NCBI GenBank assembly: GCA_965112155.1
Contig: OZ218099.1
From: Podarcis liolepis
Lineage: Eukaryota
Reading direction: 5' to 3' (one strand)
Length of the DNA stretch: 64,000 bases
How positions within the stretch are numbered: the stretch's first letter is position 1; every line of letters starts with the position of its first letter. Below, piece after piece: positions 46,981 through 58,100 of this stretch. The translations under genes were made by a program, and so were the position numbers. Under the pieces are notes generated by a model, which saw only the letters and a list, made by a program, of their open reading frames with translations, did not search any database and was not told the origin of the DNA.

Positions 46981-48041
46981 AAATTATTCTGCTGATGGCT
47001 TTAAAATGCCTAAACCCTGCTTGCCAGATATACTTATTTCAACCCTCCACCCCGCCCCCCCTCCAAACACTTGACTGCTGATTTTTCTGAGGTGAAAATT
47101 TTCCTCTGCAGGCAGCCAGGATTCATCTGAAGGACACACAAATATCGGATCATAATAGGAAGCGAGCTCGGAAAAGCAGCAACCAGGAACCCACCCAACC
47201 AGCGGCAGCAACAACAAGAATCCACCCTCCTCCTGCACAACTCAGTCCGTACACATACACACAACACGCAGTGAATGCAGATATCTAGAGATTAAAACAG
47301 GAACAAATCCTCGCACCCTCCCCTGCTTTATATGGAAAGGACTTGTCAGAAGGGCATCCGCATAGAGCATATTATACATATAGTCCTACAAGGCAAAGGC
47401 AGTAGCAGCACAGGTTGGGGGGGTGGGGAAAGCTCTCCTGTACAACTTGCTCCACCATTGAAATCTTGAGGTAAAAATTTCAGATTTTTAGCAGCAAAGA
47501 CTGTTAGAATAGAACACAGATATATATTAGATTATATAGAATTTATTAAATTATTCCAGATTTAAATATATTTTTGGAGCTGTGAAGGAGTGAGGAGCAC
47601 CAGATGTCATGGTATTGTTTCCATTAACGTGTACATGGGCAGGTTGAAGCGGCTGTTAAGGCAAAAAAGTTTTTTAAAAATCTTTTTAAAAAAGAATTCC
47701 CAGGAGCTTTCTTTCATCCCCACTTCATTCTTGTGCATTTCCTTTTAGAAAAAAAGGAAACCTCTTATTTTGTTAACCAAAGATTTACTTTCTATTCCTT
47801 CTGGATATTTGAAGGAAGTGAACACAAGTCTATCCATGTCAATATTTTAAGTGATCTCATTAATAAGATTCCCGGAATAATATCCAAATCAGATATCTCA
47901 AGTGGGTAGGTGGGAAAGAAGGGGGAGGTGAAAGATCTGTAGTAATTTTCAATTATCTTGCTTTAGTAGAAGAACAAAAACATTTTAAAGTTTTGTTTTG
48001 TTTTTTCTTTCCAGGCGGAATTAAAATCCTAAATAAAATAA
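46267..48041 (+). other. CPEB4: CPEB4 5' leader with 10 upstream ATGs and candidate 5'UTR intron(s)
   Basis: ATGs at 46438, 46686, 46995, 47006, 47275, 47332, 47604, 47609, 47635, 47836. Strong polypyrimidine tract plus CAG acceptor ending 48014. Donor-like GAG|GTAAAA at 46756/57 and 47470/71. Acceptor-like TTTTCCTCTGCAG ending 47111. Confidence 0.65.
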
Positions 48042-49166
48042 ATGGGGGATTACGGGTTTGGCGTGTTAGTGCAAAACAACACCGGGAATAAGTCAGCTTT
48101 TCCAGTCAGATTTCATCCACATCTGCAGCCTCCGCACCACCATCAAAATGCAACCCCCAGCCCCGCTGCTTTTATAAATAACACAGCTGCCAATGGCAGT
48201 AGTGCTGGGTCAGCTTGGCTCTTTCCTGCTCCAGCTGCCCATAACATTCAGGATGAGATTCTGGGGTCTGAAAAATCTAAAACTCAGCAACAGGAAAAGC
48301 AAGACTCCCTAGAAAAACAGCAACTTTCCCCTAGTCAAAGTCAGGAAGCAGGCATGCTGCCTGAATCAGAGAAATCTAAATCTGAAGAAAACCAGGGGGA
48401 TAATTCTTCCGAGAACGGCAATGGGAAGGAGAAAATAAGAATAGAATCGCCAGTGTTAACAGGATTTGATTATCAAGAGGCTACAGGGCTGGGTACTTCA
48501 AGCCAGCCCTTGACATCTACAGCATCTTCTCTGACTGGTTTCAGTAACTGGTCAGCAGCTATAGCTCCTTCTTCTTCAACAATAATCAATGAAGATGCGA
48601 GTTTCTTCCATCAGGGAGGGGTTCCTCCTGCTTCAGCTAATAATGGTGCTCTGCTGTTTCAGAATTTTCCACATCATGTCAGTCCTGGCTTTGGGGGTAG
48701 TTTTTCCCCTCAGATTGGACCCCTCTCTCAGCACCACCCTCATCACCCCCATTTTCAGCATCATCACAATCAGCATCAACAACAGAGAAGGTCTCCTGCA
48801 AGCCCTCATCCACCTCCATTTACGCATAGAAATGCTGCTTTTAATCAACTGCCTCATCTTGCTAATAATCTTAACAAACCACCTTCTCCATGGAGCAGCT
48901 ACCAAAGCCCATCACCTACACCGTCTTCTTCATGGAGTCCCGGTGGCGGTGGTGGATATGGTGGGTGGGGAGGGTCCCAAGGGCGAGACCATCGCAGGGG
49001 ACTGAATGGAGGAATCACACCCCTGAACTCCATCTCACCCCTGAAGAAGAATTTCCCAAGTAATCATATCCAGTTGCAGAAGTATGCACGGCCCAGCTCC
49101 GCTTTTGCTCCAAAATCTTGGATGGAAGACAGTTTGAACAGAGCTGACAATATCTTTCCTTTTCAG
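48042..49166 (+). CDS. CPEB4: CPEB4 first coding exon (375 codons; N-terminal low-complexity/His-rich domain of cytoplasmic polyadenylation element-binding protein 4)
   Basis: ORF MGDYGFGVLVQNNTGNKSAFPVRFHPHLQPPHHHQ...HHPHHPHFQHHHNQHQQQRRSPASP...SWMEDSLNRADNIFPFQ is recognisably the vertebrate CPEB4 N-terminus. It ends at donor CAG|GTGAGA (GT 49167-49168), 1125 nt, phase 0. Confidence 0.98.
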
Positions 49167-52100
49167 GTGAGATTATTCTACTAATACTAAATAGAATATT
49201 CATAAATGTGTTAAATGGTTGCAGAAATAGCAAGACTCTGTTGTTTTTGCATGGTTTCTATTATTAGAGCTGAGGACTTAATTTTAAAAATACACCTCTT
49301 GTATATAGTTTATCCTTTGACATTTCAGGCTTCATGATTGCTCATCTCTGAATCATGAATGTTCTGTATAGTGTTTGTCAGAGAAGTAACTATAGCCTGA
49401 TAGTGCATCTGTTATATAGGTAGTTTGCTGTCAAGTTAATGCACCTGATCAATAAAACAGTTGCAAGAGTGATTATTGAAATAATTCTTTTGTGGGGTGG
49501 ATAAGTCCTAAAAAAACTGAGCAGCTGAAATGGAATCCCCCCCCCCTTTTACCATATGGCAATAGCATTATGTTTTCAGTACACAAGTATTGGATCCTAA
49601 AACTGGACTATCGGAAAATATGCCTATGGCTTTGTGAAATTTCTCCTTTCAATAGGAATGCATCTGTTAAAAAAAAATAGTCCACTGGGATTTACAGTTT
49701 TCTTACAAAATGTTGAGCTGATCTCCTCCAGCAAGGGCAATAGATTTTGGTAGATTATAAGTCATTACTAAAAATAGATATAGACTCGCTTCAGACATTG
49801 GCCTATGCTGTTCAAATGAGGCCATATGTTATCAGGAAAGAGGCTGTGTGCTTAAAATGTATTGGGAATTTGTCTCCAGTTTCTGAAGGTTAATTACTAT
49901 TAAAAACAGCCAGCCATGTAATCAGTGAAAATCTGGACAATGGCAGTTTTATTTTTTATTTTGTAATTTGTGATTAAGCTTGATGGGTTTAATTTTTTCT
50001 ATAAAGAGGATTTTGAAACCTAAGGAATCATGGGTGGTGTGTGAAAAAGCAAAGATTGCAAAATTTTTGTTGCATTTCTAAGCATTGTATAAGCAAAAAA
50101 CATGGTGTGACCTAGTTTTGTTGTAATTTGGGATAGGAAAACCGGTAGATCAGAAGAAACCTATACTTGACTTAAATACAGTCTTAAAGATCTAAATATA
50201 TTTTATAATCTAGTTATACTGCACAGAGAAGTGGAAGTTCTTGTATTATCTTGCATACAGTTCTCTGGTAAAAGTACTATCATTAATGAGACTTTTTAGT
50301 TCATGCTGTATAGCCAGAAGTCTTGAAATAATTTTTCAGACTGGAAGTGTATAAAAGGCTCGTGTAGAAGACCAAATTTAACCTTGGAAACCATTAGCAC
50401 TAGCACTGTCACTGCAGCAAGCTCTGACTTCCTGTTTAATTCATTCTGTACCGTGACAGCGTAGCTACACTGTGACAGAATAAGACCGTGTCCTTACTCC
50501 TGTAGTTAAGGCCTCAAATCTATGAATGTCAGAGATGGAAATTTTCTGTTGGTGTACTGGCACACCATTTTTGGGTTGCTGCTCTTGGGGCTATGGTCTG
50601 TATCGTGACACATGCTTTTCTTATATTGTATTGTGGTCGAAAATAATTTGTGGCAGTAGGTTGTTGTCTGTTTACTTAAGCAGTAAACAGAAGGCCATGG
50701 CAAGACCAAGTCTGATGTTTTCTTGTGCCTAGCAAAAGAAAGGTATTTTAATGAATTGGTTTCCAGTTTGTCACTGGTTGAGTTCTGTGATGAGCAAGAC
50801 AAGAGCAGGACTTCAAAAGAAGAACCTAGCACTCAAGCAAACCCTCTTATGAATTTTAAAATAATCTTGGACATTTACCTTTTCTAGTATAAAATCCATA
50901 ATGCTTTTTTTCTTTGCACAAATAACTAAAAAATAAATGAGTTGGCCCTCATTGTTCAAGCAAGCATGCAAGGTATATGCAATTCAAAACAAAATGTGCA
51001 ATATAAAGTGTGTTTGCAAAGCTTTACATAAATGAAAGGCCCTAAATGCATCAAATCAGGGCTGTCTCTGGACCTATAATTGCCAGAATCTTCTTGGGCC
51101 CATGTTTAGTATCACTACACACAAACTATCTTGGCAGCTGTAACAAAATGGCTTAAATAGATGGCAGTGTTACTTGATCGTGACTAACCCATTCACCGGG
51201 TGACCTCTTGCTATTTTAACATATCCATACACAAGTAGCTTCCTAATATAAGTCGGCTCTTCTATAAAGAGGGGTTTTGCAATGTTTATATAAATATAAT
51301 AAGTGCAGAAGCTCTTTTTAGTCTCATCTGAATGCCTTTTGAAATACAAAATTCATATCCTTGAGGGATTTTCTCTTATAGCGAAAGATCCTCTGTTAGA
51401 AGTACAGAGCTGGCTTTCTTTCTGAAGGATGTTGGCTTTAATGTTTATGTAGATATTTTACAAGAATATAGTTTAATTATATATAGTCACCTATGCTGCA
51501 GTTCATTATGACATTATGTATAAATCTAGGGTACTGTAAACAGGAGGATGGTAACTGGCTGTTAACATGCACTCTGGATAATAGTCCAGTGGTCAGAGTG
51601 TTAGACTCGGGTCTCTTCATTATAAGCACATAGGCCTAAATTCTTCTGTCACAAATTAGAAATAAGGATCTGATGCTTTAAGGGCACTTGAGAACAAAAC
51701 AAATTCTACCCACCTTGAACCAGTATAGCAGTACATAAGGACCAAGTGCTTGACTGTTGATATTAATGTGATGCCAAAATGTATGTCCGGTGACATAATC
51801 CAGTCCTGCCCCTAGTAACAGCTGTTGGCACTGCTGCATCACTGTTTTCCTGGATGGGATGCTGCATTGCTGTATGAGAGTACTGTGCTGCTGGGGAGGA
51901 GATCGAAACACAACCAGTTCCACAATGCAGCATTTTTTAACTTTGGAGGGATTCCTGGAAGTGTGAAAGCTCATACAATGTATGCAACTAATTATGATTC
52001 TTGGGGATATCCCTGGTTGGATATCAAGGATATCCCTAGTGCCATCTTATTAGGGTAGGACGCCATTATGCCTGCAGCAGTGTAAAGCAGCGTTTGGTCT

Positions 52101-55100
52101 GCTTCAGCTGAAGCGGACCTATAGACTCGGGTTGCAAATAAATGTGCCCAGACACTTTAAAGCAGATATGCAGGTTATTTCTCAGCTATAGCCAGTACCA
52201 ATTCTGCCCTAATGAATAGATACGCAGGCCGGGGCGGGGGAGGGGGAGGGCGGGTAGCAGCTGGACGTGGATGGGCTGGCTTTCCTGCTTGTCTATCTGC
52301 CCACATGGTGGTGGTTAAAGGTCTGTAAAATAGTGTGAATTGTCTTTCTGTGGTTTCTCAACCAAAAAATACAACATAGAGCAATATGAGCTGTGCTTGT
52401 GGCTCACTGTTATCTTAGTTCTGGTCTCTAAAGACACAAAGGGAGAAGAAAGCTGCACACAGAGCCAGTGTAACCTGCAGTGCAGTTTGAATCCAGAAAT
52501 GCAGCACAGAGCAATAGAGTGAGTACATGTGGCTCTCTCCCTTTTGCCAGCAGTCTTTTAAACTATAAAGGGTATGCATGCATTTGACATGCCAGTGCAT
52601 AGTATTTCTGGCCTGGTAGAATGGGAGATTACTTGTGGCAATGGGAGATTACTTACGTTGTTAGGCCTGCTGAAAATGCTGGAGCTTGGTCTTGCAAAAA
52701 CACAGTGGTGGATAATAGACAGAAAGGGAAGTGATCGCTCCGTATTTGTTTGTAAGCATGCTGTAAAAGCAAAAACATCATTATGGTTGTAGAAATAACG
52801 TCCTGGCTAGAATAATGTTGACTAGATTCTGTAATATGACCTGCTTGTAATTCTCAAAATACAATGCAGCTGTCAATGCAATATACTTTTACTGAGAAAA
52901 TGTATGCAAAGCACTTTGAACATTTGAAAATGCTAGATAAACCATGTGAGAAAGCAGGATATTATTAATAATATAATACTACATGCCATCTCTTTGAGAT
53001 ATTTCCTTTTTTAAGAAAGGCACAAAAGATCATACCATTTAGCAGAAAATGGAGGCTGAGTGATTCAACTAAAGATTAATTTTCACATTGATTTAAAAAC
53101 TTTTTAAAATCCTGTGAGTGTAGTGTTAGCTTATTATTCATTGAAGAATAATAAGTTATTCTTAAATAGAACTTTATCTTGCATAATAAGGCAACTATTT
53201 GGACATCTGAGGAAAAAGTTGGCAATGATGCGTTATTTTTTTGGATGTTCCACTGAACTAAGTGGAGCTTATTTCTGAGTATAAGATTGCACTCCTGGTG
53301 TCTTATTGTCTTTTAAAGATCTCATTGTCTTATTTTCCATTGTGTCACTGTTTGAAGTCAGCAGTATAATAGACTTGGTCATAGCAACTGCTTTTTGCTG
53401 ATGCTCTGCCCTCATGTTTACAAAGATTTTCTTCTGTATACTTCTTCATAAAAGTGGGACACCTTGCCTGTTTAGCAATAAAGGTTAAGGTTGAGATAGA
53501 AAGATATATTATTGATGACAGAAAGAATGCAATTCTATATACTTAGCTTACATTAGAGCAGACTATTGAAATACCTTGAATCTATTAACTGAAAATACAT
53601 CTGTTAAACATACTCACAGACTTCTTGCTGTTAAGACATTTGAAACAAAAGTTCAGATTCTGATCTTTTCCCTGGGTAACTCCACTGAAATCTGTAGGGC
53701 TGCTTTCACACAAGTAGTTTCTCAACAGCTAGCAAAGTGTTGATGGTTATCTCCTGCTGTGGCTATTTATGATAAAATCTCATAATTTGAATCAAGAGTT
53801 GTGAAAACAGATTTAGAATTTTTATCTCATTTGGTCTTAATTTCCCTATCCTTGAATCACTTCCTGGCATCAGGGTTTTCAAGTGGCCTTTATAAGGAAG
53901 TTTTGGAATGATTCTCATATTCATGTAAATAAACCAGTTACTCTGATGGACAGCAAGGAGCTAGGAGGACAACAGGGGACAGCATTTGTTTTATACACTT
54001 CCCAAACAGGCCCAAATTGGATTCAGTGCATTTCACAAACAAAAAACAACTGGCTATACATGTGGAAGATTTACCTAGAACCAGACTGGGAGAACATGAA
54101 CAAGTCACTCCAACTCGTAAAACTCAAAAGTTGTTCAGCAAGAGTTAGATGATTTTTGCTTAAGCAATAAAGGCTGTTGCAATATTTTCCCTCCCTCTTC
54201 TTTAATATAGCCAAAACTTCAGTGCATTTAAGAACCTCTATTTAAAATCATGTCATTGAAAGAGCTGTAGAAGGAAGGTAGAACACAATGGTAGAGACAA
54301 GGTACCAACCATGGCGAGAGGGGCTGAAGCAATCTTTCTGCTCTGCAAAACGAAATATTTATATTCCTTTTGCTCCTCTCCTTGTCCTGCATTTTTCCGA
54401 GTGGTAGACATGAGTGAGGAAGAACCACTTATCTAGGATACCCCTTAGGTGATAAGGATTATTTAAATAATAGTTTTTAGATAAGTTTCAGAAATCCAAG
54501 ACTTGTTTTTAAATTCAGGTGTGTTTATATGCACAGGAGCAGTGCATAAAATATGATGAGTTAACATATGCTTATTCTTTAAACAATGCTTCAATTAAAT
54601 TGCTTACATCATCAGCAAACATTGTTACTGAAGCCTTAATCTTCAAAGAACTCTCACTTTAAAAGGCACACCACAGCCTTTGCTACAAGCAAGTTTGTCA
54701 CACCCAGACAGGCTTTTGATTCTACAGTGTTTGGCATTCATGTTGGCAATTTATGGATTAGATTGCCTCACCCTGGGAAACACAATATAGAAACATTCAG
54801 CAGTAACTCTCAGGTGATATGGGTGCAAACTGTGATACATTGTGACCCTTAGTCTGTGTGTATGCATGTTCTACCTAGTAAGAGTAGAATGAAATCGTAC
54901 AAGCATAGGGACGCCATATGGTGCAAGGGGTTACACAAAAAGTAGATGTCATAATTTTATGTTCTTCTTGCACCACTGAATTTTTATGCAACTGCAGAAC
55001 CTAGTGCCACTGCTTGAATTACAGGGGTCCAGAATCCTTACTGTATGTGACATCCTAATAGTGACTATTTAAAAAAAACTTTTGGAGACATTATTTGTCT

Positions 55101-58100
55101 ATTTGGCTAAAAGTGGAGTGGATTTCATTAAGGGCCGCCCAACCCTCCCATCAAATGAGCACTGGAAGGGATCTCCCATTTTAAGTATTGCTGTGCTTGT
55201 GGAACACAGATGATGACAGGTTTAGTTTTGAAAGTGCATGCACTCTGCCTGAATCCAGAACAAGATTTCACTGCCTACTGCAGGAAAAATTGCTGAAGTT
55301 CTAAAGTTGTGTTTGCACCAAAGCTTCTTGAAAGCAGAGATGTGCCATAATTATTTGTGACTCTTATTTCTAATATGTTCAAGAGTATCACAATGCATGC
55401 TCTGTATGCAGCAAACCTCAAGAGTATGAAGTCTTTAATAGTGCTTTCAGGTTTTTTCTCTTTTAAAGAGAGCCTTTCTGTCGTCTGAAGTATGATTCAA
55501 GCTGGTGTGTGTGTCTGTATACGCATGCGTGCGCACACCCACCCAATTTTATAATGGAAATTATGGATTGGTACCAGTGTGTGGAGCAAGAACTCCTGCA
55601 AATTTGGCTCAGTTGTGCAATCTCTGCATTAAAATATGTCCCCTTGTCCTTTTGGAGGCTGATAAGCAATGGCACATGTTTCAAAATGATTTCAACCTTG
55701 AGGAAAGACACCAACCATTTTTTTCTCTTTCAAATGAAGTTATAGCACAGTGCAGAATATTAACTGACATCCTTTAGTGTATATTAAGCAAATATCTGAT
55801 GATTACTACCATCAGTGTTTACTTTTACAAAAATCTTTTTTAAACCGTGAGGTTTAATTAATTACTTAGATGTGTCTTGCATCTTGACTAAATGTACAAA
55901 ATGCATGATGATACTGGTATGTCTCTGAGAAACAGCTGCTATTTCCTTATCAGTTGACAGCCTTCTATTCTTTAGTGGTAGAAAGCAGTTATTTAGTAAT
56001 GTAATCTTTATTAGTCAGGCTCTTATTAACACAATTACTTGCTTGTTCTTTGTAGACTTTCCAATTCAATATCCTCTGAACCACCTGTTAAAGCAAAACT
56101 ACAGATACATTATAGCAAACTGCAGTAAATAAACACAAGTGCTCATGCTTTATTGTGCTGCTGGTCACCTGTTTACTTATTTATTATGCCCATATAGTCA
56201 TCAGATTTGATTAAATCATTCATATAGGTATTTTGAGGTTAGCACAGTGACTTGATGTGGTGTCCAATGGGATATTGGCAGAGGGCAATGGCTGTTGTTT
56301 TCATTCCCCCCAATAGAGCCAATTTGTGTTTATTTTAAAGGGAAGCTATGCAACCACTCCCCATATTTGACAAACATTGCATCTGTTTTTGTACTTCCCC
56401 ATCCACACCAGAATACAAGCAACCCCAGAAGAAATGGTCCTTTGGCTGGAGAAAACTGGCTCAGTTTCCAGGGGACATGGGCAAGAGCACACTGTTCCTA
56501 TTATATAGAAAAAGAAGTAAGAGCCATGTTGTATGGTAGCCCTCTTGGACTGTACCACTTCAGAATGAACACGCGAAGCTCTGCATTGGCATATTAAGCC
56601 CTGTCTACTCCAGCTAGCAGCAGCTCTCCTAGGGTTAAAAAAAATTGGTGCCCTACCCCTGAGCACCCCTCCCGCAATGAAGCAAACATTTGCTTCACAG
56701 AGATAAATGGATTTTGTTTTTGAGTGTTAAAACGTGAGACAGAAAGTAGAATTTCAACTGACTTGCACATCTCCTTTTAACTGCATGTTGCAGTGGGGGA
56801 AACCACTCTTAAGGTTACTCCTGGACACCCAAGTTTTTAAGAGAACAATGCTTAACAAACACAAGGGAAAATATCCCAAAATGAAAACCTACTTCTATTT
56901 AAGAGTTGGGGTTGATTCTTTGTTTCTTCTTTGTACCCTTAGTGGTTGATTTTGTTTTTTATTTTTATTTTGGGGTTTTTTTATTCCTTAGTTGTAACTC
57001 TAGTGAAACTGCTTGATAGCCTGTTAACATGATTAAGCATGGTTTTGCCAAAGCACAAATCATTTTCTGAGCTAGGCATGGGACAATTGGAAGTATGGAC
57101 AAGCTTTAGGCTCCTAGTTGCATGCTTATCAGTTGTCTTCAGACATACTCCTTCTGAACTAGCAGAAAGTATGACCACCCACTCTGCGTATGGATGGACC
57201 CATCCTTTGCAAGTGTGAAGCAACTTTTCTTGAATTGGGTAGCAGGGACATACTATATTCTATTTCTTCTTGGCCATAAGGCATGTTTTATTTCAGAACT
57301 GTGCATATGGCAGCGTAATGCATTTTTCCTATAAAGCTATCCTGTCTTAAATTTCAAGATATTGATTAAATATGAAGAATCCTCCTGGAAAGATGTGAAG
57401 TGATCTGTCTATACAGAATGTTAAGAAATTGTTATGGAAGAATACCAGTAACTATAGACATGTCAGCCTCCCTTTGACAAGAAAAGAAAATAGGTTGAGA
57501 TCTTCCTAGAGGTGGGAGGTGGCAGAATAGTTCAGAATATGATGAGATTATGTGCTTTAAATTAAATAAGAAGGAACTGTGTGAAGTCAAAAGTCTTTAA
57601 AAATAGACAGTGCCCTATTAGTTCCTGTAAGTCATGTAGAGGGTACCTGCACAGCACCTATCTTCCTACCCAGTCATTGTATCCATATGTAAGTTAGGTT
57701 TGGTGAAAGGCTGCTGAGTTCATCTCATAGGAATTTCTTGTATCTCCTAAGAATGGTCAGCCTCTCATTGGTTTTTAAGTATATGTCTGCTGAAACAGGA
57801 TGTAAAAAATGCTCACTTGTCAAAGCTATGCTTTCCTGGATCTCCCTGTGTTTTTACACAGTGACTTGAATGTCTTTATAACTTTTCTTGATACATGAAT
57901 GCAGATACTGTTGCAAGATGTGGCAGGTCTAAAACTGGCATCACACCTACTTGATGCTCACAACTCATTAATTATGACAACTGGATGACTAATTCCAAAG
58001 AGTTTCAAACCTTTCCTTAATGTTCTGTTCTAATGCTTGATGTTCAAAATTAAATAGGTATTTTTTTACACAGTCACATGAGTTTTGGCTGGTGCAGAAA

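Noticed and set aside
49768-49777. Perfect MEF2 site CTAAAAATAG in the intron
   Set aside because: A single AT-rich 10-mer. Similar matches occur elsewhere (near 20218 and 57597), as expected by chance.
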